A stretch of 64,000 nucleotides of DNA, from assembly GCF_029233945.1 (NCBI RefSeq), contig NZ_JARGOQ010000011.1:100-64099 (forward strand). The letters run 5' to 3'. The translations under genes were made by a program, and so were the position numbers. Below the pieces are notes generated by a model. The model saw only the letters and a program-made list of their open reading frames with translations. It ran no database searches and had not been told where the DNA came from. Positions 1 through 9,550 of this stretch are shown piece by piece. Source of the stretch: Sneathiella sp. GTDB taxonomy: Bacteria > Pseudomonadota > Alphaproteobacteria > Sneathiellales > Sneathiellaceae. Each line of letters begins with the position of its first letter. Position 1 is the first letter of the stretch.

Positions 1-148
1 CAATAAGCGGCGTAAATATTTGCTACAGGTCTGTTTCAGTTCTATACACAGCTATGGCGGATCATGCAGAGTTTCTAATGTTCGACATTGAGGGCCGCTG
101 AAGGCGTAATGCCGCAACTTTAAGACAATTATAGTCAGACAGAAAAAA

Positions 149-691
149 TTGACAGCTGAAGCAGGTGCAACGACCCAGGCTATTCTTGAGCCTCGGGATC
201 ATATCAAGCCCGATGACCGGATTGCTCATCTCGTCAGGGATCTCGCCCGAGGATTTACCCGGTCATTGCAAACCCGTTTGGGGGATCATGGGGTGTCTTT
301 CGGGCATTGGATTTTCCTTCTGGCCATGTGGCACAAGGATGGGGTGACGCAGCGCGATCTCGCGGTGCGGGTGGGCTTGACGGAGCCGACTACCCATACG
401 GCGATCACGAAAATGGTTGAGCTTGGTTACGTCAGCCGTCGCCGCAGGGCGGGGAACCTGAAAAAGCAATATATCTTTCTGACGAACGAGGGGCGGGCAC
501 TGGAGGATAAACTTGTGCCGCTTGCTCAGGAAGTGAATAAAGTCGCGCTCGATGGGATTGATGATAAGACGCAAAAGATTGTTCGTAACAGTCTGCTGGC
601 GATGATTCACAACCTTGCTGTCGATGAAGCGCATGCGCTTGCCGATGGGAAGAAAATCCCCTCGACAAGAAGCCTTGGCATAAGAAGCTGA
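149..691 (+). CDS. MarR family transcriptional regulator
   Basis: 180 aa; wHTH pattern (GVTQRDLAVRVGLTEPTTHTAITKMVELGYVSRRR). TTG start uncertain. Confidence 0.85.
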   Translation: MTAEAGATTQAILEPRDHIKPDDRIAHLVRDLARGFTRSLQTRLGDHGVSFGHWIFLLAMWHKDGVTQRDLAVRVGLTEPTTHTAITKMVELGYVSRRRRAGNLKKQYIFLTNEGRALEDKLVPLAQEVNKVALDGIDDKTQKIVRNSLLAMIHNLAVDEAHALADGKKIPSTRSLGIRS

Positions 692-938
692 TGGGGGATA
701 ACTTCTGGTCCTATGGCATCAACGGCAATGAAGCGACAATAAACACATTTTTCGATCACCGCCATCGACAGGGCCTGTCGGCGCGGCGGGTCACGATCGA
801 AAAACTGTTCCCCAAGAATGCAGCGGAAAACTACAGTCCATGATGTTGCTTGGGTGAGACATCCAGAAAGATGATATGCAGGCTAGGAAATATCGGTTTC
901 CATCGCATATGTTGGCAAAAATAAATTGACTAGGCGGC

Positions 939-1628
939 CTAGTTAATTAGTCCATCTTTTTGAGCGCCTTCGCGGATAGCCGACAGTACCTTGGCGTTCA
1001 AGCGGGCCTTGGTGCCGATATAGCTCTCCTTATCGAGCATTTTTACCAGATTTGCGGCCCTTTCGAAGACGCAGGGCTGCAATTTCTCAGGCTCCACGAC
1101 GTCGTCGAGATAGCCAGCCCGGCATGCGGCTTCCGGGCCAAACATTGTTGCTGTCGTAATCTGTGCGAAGGCTGGAGGTGTGAGGCGATGCCGTGCAAGC
1201 TCGAGCGCGAAATGGGGAACGGTAAGCTTGATTGCAACTTCATTTAACCCCATACGCCAGTTTCCATGTGCGCCAATGCGAATATCGGAAGAGAGCATGA
1301 GAAAGGCGCCCATCGGGTAGGCATGCCCGGTGCAAGCGACAATAATCGGTTGCGGATGCGTTAAGAATTTCTCCACGAGACGAAAGCCGGCGGCAACCAT
1401 TTCTTGTTTTTCCTTTTGACCGCCACCGAGGACTGCAAGATCAAACCCGGCTGAGAAAATTCCTTCACGCCCTGAAAGTACGGCAACTTCAGCCGCCTCT
1501 GATGCCTTGTCCAACTGCGCCCCGATTTCTGCCAGCATCTCCGTCGACATTGCGTTGACCTTGCCATCGTCGAGCGTGATTGAGGCGATGCCGCCTTCCA
1601 GAATTTCCAATGTTGTTCTTGTCGTCAT
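939..1628 (-). CDS. crotonase/enoyl-CoA hydratase family protein
   Basis: LDDGKVNAM, FSAGFDL oxyanion motif, LLSSDIRIG and GLNEV segments typical of crotonases. Confidence 0.9.
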   Translation of the reverse strand: MTTRTTLEILEGGIASITLDDGKVNAMSTEMLAEIGAQLDKASEAAEVAVLSGREGIFSAGFDLAVLGGGQKEKQEMVAAGFRLVEKFLTHPQPIIVACTGHAYPMGAFLMLSSDIRIGAHGNWRMGLNEVAIKLTVPHFALELARHRLTPPAFAQITTATMFGPEAACRAGYLDDVVEPEKLQPCVFERAANLVKMLDKESYIGTKARLNAKVLSAIREGAQKDGLIN

Positions 1629-1660
1629 TTTTTTTTACGCTCCTTTGTGGATTATTTTTA

Positions 1661-1707
1661 TATGTAGACCAGTCACTATAATTTGACTATAGCGACCAGT
1701 CAATATA
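1661..1707. promoter_or_regulatory. two 20-bp imperfect palindromic TetR operators (TATA-N2-GACCAGTC-N2-TATA)
   Basis: TATGTAGACCAGTCACTATA (1661-1680) and TATAGCGACCAGTCAATATA (1688-1707) between the divergent crotonase and TetR genes; core resembles the LmrA/YxaF box TAGACCRGTCTA. Confidence 0.75.
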
Positions 1708-1711
1708 GAAT
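1683..1711 (+). promoter_or_regulatory. sigma70 promoter of the TetR gene (probably leaderless)
   Basis: TTGACT (1683-1688) - 17 nt - TAGAAT (1706-1711); ATG at 1717 sits at the expected transcription start and has no SD. Confidence 0.7.
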
Positions 1712-1716
1712 TGGGT

Positions 1717-2268
1717 ATGAAAGAATCGACACAGCATAAGCATAATCTTGTTCATACCTCCATGCGGCTATTTCGGCGGCAGGGCTATGCGTCAACAGGG
1801 CTTCAGCAAATCCTAGCCGAAAGCGGGGCACCGAAAGGATCGCTCTATTACTACTTTCCAAGCGGAAAGGAAGGGCTGGCGGAGGCTGCCGTTGAAATGG
1901 CGGCGAATCTGATCTGCGAAACCCTTGCGGATCTGGCGAGGCGCTACCCTGAGCCTAAACAATTTATTGTTGCCTATTGTGACGTCGTTGCGGGCTGGAT
2001 GGAGGAATCTGATTTCCGCTCGGGATGTCCGATTGCAACCACGATGCTGGAGACCGCACCTCAATCTCCGGTTTTGACCAAAGCGGGAGAGGCGGCGATG
2101 GATCGCTGGATCGGGCAGATTTCAGCGGTATTTGAAGGATCGGAAATGGACGCCGAGCAAGCTTACAAGGAAGCGGAACTCGTCGTGGCTGCCATAGAAG
2201 GGGCTCTGATCATTTCAAGAATAAGAAGGTCTTCCGCCCCTATTCGGCAGTTGGCTCAGCTACTGTAG
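1717..2268 (+). CDS. TetR/AcrR family regulator (LmrA/YxaF-like)
   Basis: N-terminal HTH (GYASTGLQQILAESGAPKGSLYYYFP), GCP motif in ligand domain; start moved from TTG 1711 to ATG 1717. Confidence 0.9.
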   Translation: MKESTQHKHNLVHTSMRLFRRQGYASTGLQQILAESGAPKGSLYYYFPSGKEGLAEAAVEMAANLICETLADLARRYPEPKQFIVAYCDVVAGWMEESDFRSGCPIATTMLETAPQSPVLTKAGEAAMDRWIGQISAVFEGSEMDAEQAYKEAELVVAAIEGALIISRIRRSSAPIRQLAQLL

Positions 2269-2283
2269 ATGCCGGCTGGAGAT

Positions 2284-2311
2284 AAAAAAGAGCCCGGATT
2301 TCTCCGGGCTC
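2284..2311 (-). terminator. intrinsic terminator of the SDR-thiolase transcript
   Basis: A6 tract then GAGCCCGGA-tttc-TCCGGGCTC hairpin between convergent genes. Confidence 0.7.
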
Positions 2312-2337
2312 GATCTATCTGCAAATATAGAAAATGC

Positions 2338-3585
2338 CTAGCTATCAAGTCGTTCGACAATGATCGCAGGAGCCATTCCGCCGGCGGCGCACATGGTCAC
2401 CAGTCCGCGCTTTTTATCCTGCCGCTCAAGTTCATCAAGCAAGGTGCCGATCAGGATCGATCCCGTGGCTCCGATGGGATGACCAAGCGCCATTGCACCG
2501 CCATTGACATTCACCTTGCTGCGGTCAAGTTTCAGATCGCGGATGAATTTCTCGGCTACGACAGCAAAGGCCTCGTTTATTTCCCAAAGGTCGATATCGT
2601 CCAGCGTGAGGCCAGCCTTGGCGAGCGCTTTCTTCGCGGCGGGAACTGGTGCGTTCAGCATCAATGTCGGGCAATCCCCCATATTCGCTGTAACCACAAT
2701 GCGGGCGCGGGGTTTGAGGTTATGCTTCTTCGCATAATCACCGGAGGCCAGCAAAATAGCCGCCGCACCATCGACAACGCCCGAGGAGTTGCCGGCATGA
2801 TGCACATGGTCGAATTCCTTGATCTCAGGATATTTGCGGGTAATCAGGCTGCCATAGGTGTTCCCGGCTTCATCAATGACAACATCGCGGAACATGCTAA
2901 AAACAGTCTTGAGCCCGGCAAGGCTCTCCATGGTCGTGCTGGGGCGCGGGAATTCCTCCCGGTCGAGGGCGATGGAGCCATCCTTGTTTTTTACCGGAAT
3001 GATCGACTTATCAAACCGGCCTTCCTGAATTGCCTTGTCGGCGCGCTTCTGGCTTTCAACGGCGAGTTCATCGACGGCTTTCCGGTCAATTCCTTCCAGC
3101 GTGGCAATGGCGTCCGCACAGACACCCTGCTGTGATTGCGGATGCATTTCGCGAAGATCCAGATTGCCGCCGTCAAGCATCGACGGCTTGTTGGGGTCCG
3201 CGATGGAAGCGGTATAGCTCATCATCTCGGTCCCGCCCGCGATGACCAGATCTTCCATGCCGGACATAATCTGCGCCGCCGCGAGGTTGACCGTGGTAAT
3301 GCCCGACCCGCAAAAGCGATCCAGCGTCATGCCAGAGGCCTTGATGTCGTATCCCGCCGAGAGAGCCGCCATTCGGCCAAGATCATAGCCTTGCTTGCCG
3401 ACCTGGGTTGAGGTGCCCCAGATGATGTCATCCACATCGGCGGTATCAAAATCATTCCGTTCAGCAAGAGCGCCGAGAACAGTTGCGCCAAGATGCTGGG
3501 GGTGAAGATGGGCGAGGGCGCCCTTGCCAACTTTGCCAATACCACGCGGGGTTCGGCAGGCATCAATAATATAGGCTTCAGTCAT
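2338..3585 (-). CDS. acetyl-CoA C-acyltransferase (thiolase)
   Basis: DRFCGSG catalytic Cys, NEAF, GHPIGATG and MCAAGG motifs. Confidence 0.95.
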   Translation of the reverse strand: MTEAYIIDACRTPRGIGKVGKGALAHLHPQHLGATVLGALAERNDFDTADVDDIIWGTSTQVGKQGYDLGRMAALSAGYDIKASGMTLDRFCGSGITTVNLAAAQIMSGMEDLVIAGGTEMMSYTASIADPNKPSMLDGGNLDLREMHPQSQQGVCADAIATLEGIDRKAVDELAVESQKRADKAIQEGRFDKSIIPVKNKDGSIALDREEFPRPSTTMESLAGLKTVFSMFRDVVIDEAGNTYGSLITRKYPEIKEFDHVHHAGNSSGVVDGAAAILLASGDYAKKHNLKPRARIVVTANMGDCPTLMLNAPVPAAKKALAKAGLTLDDIDLWEINEAFAVVAEKFIRDLKLDRSKVNVNGGAMALGHPIGATGSILIGTLLDELERQDKKRGLVTMCAAGGMAPAIIVERLDS

Positions 3586-3612
3586 TGTTTTGATCCTTGT
3601 TATTGCTTGTTT

Positions 3613-4389
3613 CTATCGGGGCGCCATACGGATTGCGCCATCAAGGCGAACGTCTTCCCCGTTAAAATATCCATTCCGGCACATTTCAAGGGCGAGAGAG
3701 GCATACTCCTCCGGATTGCCAAGGCGGGACGGGTTCGGAACCTGCGCAGCGAGGGCGGCTTTCACCTTGTCTGGCGCTCCTTGCAGCAGGGGCGTGTTGA
3801 ACAGGCCTGGCAAAATTGTGTTGACGCGAATGAGTTCCTGCGCGAGATCGCGGGCAATCGGAAGGGTCATCCCGATCACCCCGCCTTTCGAGGCGGAATA
3901 GGAGGCCTGGCCAACCTGTCCATCCTCTGCGGCGACAGAAGCCGTGTTGATAATCACGCCGCGCTCTCCTTCGATGGGATCAAGGGTCATCATGCCCGCT
4001 GCCGATTTTGCAATGCAGCGGAAAGTACCGATAAGATTGATCTGGATAATCATCTCGAACTTATCCAGCGGAAAATGTTTGATTTCGCCGGTTTCCCGGT
4101 CCCGGCTTGCCGTCTTCACTGCATTGCCGGTGCCGGCGCAGTTTACAAGAATTCTCTCCTGGCCGAGCTTTTCGCGAATGGCGGCAAAGCCGGCATCGAC
4201 ATCCTCTTCCGAGGTGACATTAACTTTCGCAAAAGCTCCGCCGATTTCACTTGCAATCGCTTCGCCCAATTCTTCGTTCAGGTCAAAGATACCTACTTTC
4301 ACGCCGGAACTCGCCAGCTTTCGAGCTGTTGCTGCGCCAAGGCCGGACGCGCCGCCCGTGACAATCGCAGTTATTCCATCAAGGTTCAT
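3613..4389 (-). CDS. type II 3-hydroxyacyl-CoA dehydrogenase (HSD17B10-like SDR)
   Basis: TGGASGLG, NCAG, YSASK, MTLPIARDLA, NGEDVRLDGAIRM signatures. Confidence 0.9.
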   Translation of the reverse strand: MNLDGITAIVTGGASGLGAATARKLASSGVKVGIFDLNEELGEAIASEIGGAFAKVNVTSEEDVDAGFAAIREKLGQERILVNCAGTGNAVKTASRDRETGEIKHFPLDKFEMIIQINLIGTFRCIAKSAAGMMTLDPIEGERGVIINTASVAAEDGQVGQASYSASKGGVIGMTLPIARDLAQELIRVNTILPGLFNTPLLQGAPDKVKAALAAQVPNPSRLGNPEEYASLALEMCRNGYFNGEDVRLDGAIRMAPR

Positions 4390-4591
4390 TGTCGTTCCAT
4401 CTCCATCTTAATTTTCTTGTTTAGAGAATAATGCCCCGTTGCTCGTTATCCTTAGTTTTTTGGCATCGGCACATTGATCAGCTTTATATAGCGTTAATTT
4501 AAGCGGAGAGATGACATAAAGATAGAGAAAAACGACCTGCCATATCCGGACGAGAGGGGATTTCTCTATCCGGTCCGCATTATCTCTTAAT

Positions 4592-4649
4592 TGATAATAA
4601 TTCGCATATTCCAGTTGACTCTTATCTGCGCTATTGATAATCATTCCTA
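4592..4649 (+). promoter_or_regulatory. two Fur-box-like 7-1-7 sites upstream of the heme operon
   Basis: TGATAAT-A-ATTCGCA (4592-4606) and TGATAAT-C-ATTCCTA (4635-4649) versus consensus TGATAATnATTATCA; TTGACT at 4615-4620 lies between them. Confidence 0.65.
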
Positions 4650-4683
4650 GAAATTAAGCCAAAATATTGTAATTGCAAACGAA

Positions 4684-4872
4684 ATGAACGGTCGCATCAT
4701 GTTGGATAATCAGTCCGGTCGCAAAAGTGGTAAGCGGACGATTATGCTTGTGGATGACACCCTGCAAAGCGGTGAATTATTCGCACATGGCAAGGAGCTG
4801 ACGATCGCCCACAATAGTGAGTTTTACAAATTGCGGCTTACCGGAAACGGAAAACTGATCTTAACAAAATAA
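4684..4872 (+). CDS. hemP: hemin uptake protein HemP
   Basis: 62 aa ending ELTIAHNSEFYKLRLTGNGKLILTK, characteristic of HemP; first gene of heme operon (start could be ATG 4744). Confidence 0.9.
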   Translation: MNGRIMLDNQSGRKSGKRTIMLVDDTLQSGELFAHGKELTIAHNSEFYKLRLTGNGKLILTK

Positions 4873-4954
4873 GCTAATAGCCCGCCACCCAGCCACCCGA
4901 CGCTTTCGGCAGCCAGGCAGCAAGCAAACGCGACACTACTAGAAAGCTGTTGTA

Positions 4955-6988
4955 ATGCGTCGAACTCTGCCGCTTGCCTGTCTGGGCGCGCTTCTCTCAA
5001 GCACTTGTCTTACGTCTTCTTTCGTTGCCATGGCGGATGAGACGCCGGCCGTATCGCTGGATACTGTCACCGTATATGCCACGCGTAGCCCGCAATCCTC
5101 TTTTGAGGTGCCGGCTATGACCTCGACGGTTGAGGCGGATGCGCCCGGCAATGCCATGGCGGGGGATACTGGGGATCTTCTGGAATTTACTCCGGGCGTC
5201 GAAGTTGCCAATGGTCCCCGCCGCAATGGCCAGACAGTTTCGATCCGCGGCTTCGACGATGAGGCGATTATCACGATGATCGACGGGCGGCGACAGAATT
5301 TTGAGGCGGCGCATGATGGCCGGTTCTTTATCGACCCGTCGCTTTTAAAGCGTGTCGAAATCGTCAAAGGATCATCTTCGGCAATATACGGGGGCGGCGC
5401 AATAGGTGGTGTCATCGCCTTTGAAACCAAGGATGCGGCTGATATGTTGCTGCCCGGTGAGACATGGGGCGTTTACACCTCGGCAGGATATCGGACGGCG
5501 AGCAAGGAATATTCGCCGGTGATCTCAGCCTACGGGCGGACCGGCCCCTTTGATATCATCGGTGTCGCGGCGCTTCGTAATTCCGGCGATATCAAGCAAG
5601 GTGACGGCAATGAGCTGATTTCGGAAGACAACCTGATCTCAGGGACTTTCAAAGTCGGCTATAGCTTCAATGACTTCAATACCGTGAAGTTCCTGTATCA
5701 GGGTCTTCATAACGATGGAACGGAGCCGAACAATGGTGGCGGCGCCGTCACTGCTGAAAATCCCGTTGTCGAGAAAAGGGTCAATGACAACCAGTTTGGC
5801 ATCAAGTACGAGTTCAGCGACCCGTCAAATGACTGGCTGAATCCAAAGCTGCATCTTTATTACAACGATACGGAAGTGCGCGAAGAAGACGTGAGCGGCA
5901 CCAACGCCGGGCGGGTGCAGACACGCGATATGAACACTATCGGATTTACTCTGGATAATCAGACGGCCCTTGGCGTCAGCGATATGCAGAAGCATACGCT
6001 ATCCTATGGCTTTGAAATTTATCATGATGATCAAACCGGGACGACGACAAACGGGGGAACGCGTCCAGGTGTGCCGAATGCAGACGCCACCAACTACGGC
6101 TTTTATGTGCAGGATGAAGTCGCGCTGCAGACGGACGCTGGCCGTTTCCTGATCATTCCAGCGGCCCGGTTTGATTCATATCGCAGCAGCGATGACGCCG
6201 GTAATTCCCAGAATGAGCACAAGGTTTCACCGAAGCTCTCAATGAGCTACCTGCCAAATGACAATCTTATGTTTTTCGGCAGTATTGCCCAGGCCTTTCG
6301 TGCGCCGAATTTAACGGAAATCTATGCTTCCGGTCAGCATTTTCCAGGTGGCGGCCCGATCCCGGACAACTTCTTTGTACCTAATCCCAATCTGCGACCT
6401 GAAACGGTGACGACGTTTGAAGTTGGTGCGGGTGTCAATTTCGATAATGTTATTGCGGATAAAGACGAGGTGTTGGTGAAGGGCTCCTGGTTCATTAGTG
6501 AAGGGGACAACTTTATCAGTGAAGAAGTAGATATTTTTGGTGGGACGACGGAATTTGTAAATATTCCTAATGCGCGCCTGAGCGGTTTCGAGGTGGACGG
6601 GCAGTATCAGCTTCATCCGATTACGGCGAAACTGGGCCTTTCCTATGTCGAGGCTGAGAACAGGGATACTGGCGAATATCTTTCGAATAACGTGCCGTTG
6701 ACGTTGGTTGCGGATCTTTCTTATAGCGCAACGGACATCGATAGTATCTTCGGCCTGCGCGGCCGGTTCGCGGCGGCCAACGATAAAGTCGGCGGCGATA
6801 ATCTCTCGACTGCGGGGTATTCTGTCTACGATGTCTACTATCGCTGGATCCCGAGTGAGCCGGGACTAGAGACATTGACGGTTGATCTCGGTGTCTCAAA
6901 CATACTCGATAAGGCCTACACCACCGCTTTTGCCACTCTTCTTGAAGAAGGGCGAAGCTATAACGTCAGGGTAGCTTATAAATGGTAG
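4955..6988 (+). CDS. hmuR: TonB-dependent heme/hemoglobin receptor (HmuR/HemR/ShuA family)
   Basis: signal peptide, TonB box DTVTVYAT, plug His (AAHDG), FRAP...H...NPNL loop, aromatic C-terminal residue. Confidence 0.92.
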   Translation: MRRTLPLACLGALLSSTCLTSSFVAMADETPAVSLDTVTVYATRSPQSSFEVPAMTSTVEADAPGNAMAGDTGDLLEFTPGVEVANGPRRNGQTVSIRGFDDEAIITMIDGRRQNFEAAHDGRFFIDPSLLKRVEIVKGSSSAIYGGGAIGGVIAFETKDAADMLLPGETWGVYTSAGYRTASKEYSPVISAYGRTGPFDIIGVAALRNSGDIKQGDGNELISEDNLISGTFKVGYSFNDFNTVKFLYQGLHNDGTEPNNGGGAVTAENPVVEKRVNDNQFGIKYEFSDPSNDWLNPKLHLYYNDTEVREEDVSGTNAGRVQTRDMNTIGFTLDNQTALGVSDMQKHTLSYGFEIYHDDQTGTTTNGGTRPGVPNADATNYGFYVQDEVALQTDAGRFLIIPAARFDSYRSSDDAGNSQNEHKVSPKLSMSYLPNDNLMFFGSIAQAFRAPNLTEIYASGQHFPGGGPIPDNFFVPNPNLRPETVTTFEVGAGVNFDNVIADKDEVLVKGSWFISEGDNFISEEVDIFGGTTEFVNIPNARLSGFEVDGQYQLHPITAKLGLSYVEAENRDTGEYLSNNVPLTLVADLSYSATDIDSIFGLRGRFAAANDKVGGDNLSTAGYSVYDVYYRWIPSEPGLETLTVDLGVSNILDKAYTTAFATLLEEGRSYNVRVAYKW

Positions 6989-7845
6989 GGGCGGCGTTCG
7001 CACAACCGGTGGATTGGGGCAAGAGATGGGTTGTCTTTCTTGGCCTGTCCATCTGTGCGAACGCCTTTCTCTTGATGCAAGTCCATCCGATTCCGAAAAT
7101 CGAGCCAATCTTCGATATTCCTATCCTGAAGGTGAATTTGATGACGTTGGCCCGTCCGGCGATCTCAAGCCCACCGGTTGAAACAAAGGTGGAACCTGTA
7201 AAGGCTCCACCACCTCCACCACCGGAGGCGGTTCGTGTCAAACCTGTTGTCACGACTCCCTTCGCGCCGGAGAAGGTTGCGGTTATTCCCAAGCTGCCGC
7301 AGCCGAAGGCCGAACCTGTTCGGGAAGCGAAAGCCCAGCCGGTTCCGCGTCCCAAGGTTCGGCCTGCCGCGGCGCTTGCACCATCGACCGAGACCAAGAC
7401 GGTTCCTCCGGTTGAGATGGCAAAGATTGTTCCGGAGGTCCTTGAAAAAGTCCCGGAGAAGAAAGTTGTGAAGGAAGTCGTCGCCAAGCCGGAGCCACAA
7501 CCGGCACCGGAGTCCAAGGTTGTTGCGGCACTCCCGGATGGCAGTAAGGGCCGGGGTGAAGATAATTCGACCGTCGTTCACGAGGCGCGTTATCTCCATC
7601 AGGTGGCGCCCTCCTATCCACGCCGGGCGCTGGATCTGGGCCAGCAGGGGACCGTGACACTGCATGCGGAAGTTTTGCCGAGCGGCACGCCGCGGGATCT
7701 TAAAATAGCTCAGTCCTCCGGGCATCGCTTGCTTGATATGGCGGCCATGGCAGCCGTCAAGAAATGGAAATTCGAGCCAACCAGTGTCGATGGAAATGCC
7801 GTCGTCAGCTGGGTCCGTGTTCCCGTGAATTTTATTATCCATTAG
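6982..7845 (+). CDS. tonB: energy transducer TonB
   Basis: one N-terminal TM, long Pro/Lys/Glu-rich spacer, C-terminal YPRRALDLGQQGTVTL...KWKFEP domain. Confidence 0.92.
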   Translation: MVGAAFAQPVDWGKRWVVFLGLSICANAFLLMQVHPIPKIEPIFDIPILKVNLMTLARPAISSPPVETKVEPVKAPPPPPPEAVRVKPVVTTPFAPEKVAVIPKLPQPKAEPVREAKAQPVPRPKVRPAAALAPSTETKTVPPVEMAKIVPEVLEKVPEKKVVKEVVAKPEPQPAPESKVVAALPDGSKGRGEDNSTVVHEARYLHQVAPSYPRRALDLGQQGTVTLHAEVLPSGTPRDLKIAQSSGHRLLDMAAMAAVKKWKFEPTSVDGNAVVSWVRVPVNFIIH

Positions 7846-7860
7846 GAGCCAGAAACAACA

Positions 7861-8952
7861 ATGAGTGAATCAGTTCAAACAGCGACAAAGCTGACGCCGG
7901 AAGAAATCAGAGTAGAGTATGAACGGCTCAAACAAGAGGGCGGAATACGCGCCCGAAATGCCGCAACCGAAATCGGTGTTTCCGAAGGCCAACTGGTGGC
8001 GGCGCGTGTCGGGGCGGAAGCCACCCGCCTCAGCGACGATGCCGAGGCAATCCTGAAGGCCGTGATCTCTCTTGGAGAAGTGATGGCGCTGACCCGCAAT
8101 GAGCATTGCGTTCATGAGCGGAAGGGCATCTACGAAAACCCCAGCTTCTTTAAACATGGGCCCATGACAACAGGCTTGTTCGTCAATCCCGATATCGACC
8201 TTCGTCTGTTCATGGCGCAATGGAAATATGCCTTCGCCTTAACCGAGACGGGCAAAACCGGCGCCCGCAAGAGCCTGCAGTTTTTTAACGGCGCTGGCGA
8301 GGCTGTCCACAAAATCTATCTCACCAACCATTCCGATGAGGACGCCTATGATGATCTGGTTGCAATGTATCGCCACGCTGAACAGGATACGTCAATCGAA
8401 ATTGAAGGAACAGCGCCTAAGGCAGAAGAGCGTCCGGACTCAGAAATTGACTGGCAAGGATTCCGTTCCGCCTGGGAAAACCTGAAAGACACCCATGACT
8501 TCTTCCCCATGCTTCGGAAGTTTAAAGTCGGGCGTGTTCAGGCGCTGAAAAAGATCGGCACGGATTTCGCGGCAGAGCTGGATAACATTGCGGCGCGATT
8601 GGTACTGGAACTCGCGCGGGATCGTAATTGCGAAATTATGGTATTTGTCGGGAACAAAGGCTGTATCCAAATTCACACCGGCCCGGTCAACAAACTGGTA
8701 GAGGCCGGGGGATGGTACAATGTTCTCGATCCCAAATTTAACCTGCATCTCGATGAAGCCGGGATCAGCCATAGCTGGGTAACAAAAAAACCCTCCGTTG
8801 ATGGGCTCATTACGGCTGTCGAGATATTCGATACCAACAATGAGTTGATCGCGACCTTCTTTGGCAAGCGGAAACCCGGTGTGCCGGAACTGACCGAATG
8901 GCGTGAAATTGTCGACAGCCTGCCACGCAAGGAGATATCGAATGTCGCCTGA
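7861..8952 (+). CDS. hmuS: hemin-degrading/trafficking protein HmuS/HemS/ChuS
   Basis: two-repeat HemS fold; ALTRNEHCVHE, AVHKIY, HDFFPML, IQIHTG motifs. Confidence 0.92.
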   Translation: MSESVQTATKLTPEEIRVEYERLKQEGGIRARNAATEIGVSEGQLVAARVGAEATRLSDDAEAILKAVISLGEVMALTRNEHCVHERKGIYENPSFFKHGPMTTGLFVNPDIDLRLFMAQWKYAFALTETGKTGARKSLQFFNGAGEAVHKIYLTNHSDEDAYDDLVAMYRHAEQDTSIEIEGTAPKAEERPDSEIDWQGFRSAWENLKDTHDFFPMLRKFKVGRVQALKKIGTDFAAELDNIAARLVLELARDRNCEIMVFVGNKGCIQIHTGPVNKLVEAGGWYNVLDPKFNLHLDEAGISHSWVTKKPSVDGLITAVEIFDTNNELIATFFGKRKPGVPELTEWREIVDSLPRKEISNVA

Positions 8953-9550
8953 GTGGCTTACATTCGCGCTTCCTGACTGGTTTTCCCAAATGGGATTGAT
9001 GGCTTGGCCGCTCGCCATATGCTCCGTCCTGGCCGTTGCGGTCGGGCTGGAGCGGCTGGTATTTACTGCCCGGGCGGCGTCAAAGACAAAGATGCATTAT
9101 GAACGGCTGGCCGATTACTTGCGCGCCAATAAGGGCCACCCGAAAGCTGTCCGGGATGAGCTTGTCGGGCTGGCGCTGAATGATTTCAGGCGCCCCTATT
9201 ACAGCGGGATCAAACTGCTGCGGCTGATCGGCATGATCAGCCCGATCATCGGATTGCTTGGAACCATTCTGGGGATTATCGCGGCATTCAGGGTGATCTC
9301 CGTACAAACCGGCCCGGTATCGCCCGCCCTGATCGCCGATGGCTTGTGGGAGGCGATGCTGACGACCGCGGCTGGCCTGATGATTGCCTTGCCGGCGCTT
9401 CTCATGGCGCATTTTTTCAGTGCGTTCAGCGATAGGCAGTTAGAGCGCTTTTGCCTGGAACTTAATCGCCTGTCGCTTTCCTTTGAAATGGCAAAAACGC
9501 GACCGGCCCGTGAAGTTGTTACCCTGAATACCGAGGCGCGCCGATCATGA
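8942..9550 (+). CDS. exbB: MotA/TolQ/ExbB proton channel protein
   Basis: three TMs; PIIGLLGTILGII and GLWEAMLTTAAGL motifs; ATG 8942 overlaps hmuS end. Confidence 0.9.
   Translation: MSPEWLTFALPDWFSQMGLMAWPLAICSVLAVAVGLERLVFTARAASKTKMHYERLADYLRANKGHPKAVRDELVGLALNDFRRPYYSGIKLLRLIGMISPIIGLLGTILGIIAAFRVISVQTGPVSPALIADGLWEAMLTTAAGLMIALPALLMAHFFSAFSDRQLERFCLELNRLSLSFEMAKTRPAREVVTLNTEARRS

Noticed and set aside
4873-4954. Possible cobalamin riboswitch before the TonB-dependent receptor
   Set aside because: Only 82 nt, no B12-box features, and the receptor has heme-type FRAP/NPNL motifs.
7180-7520. Repetitive CCG/AAG/GAA-rich DNA
   Set aside because: Encodes the Pro-rich TonB spacer; no constant repeat-spacer structure, so not CRISPR or a VNTR.
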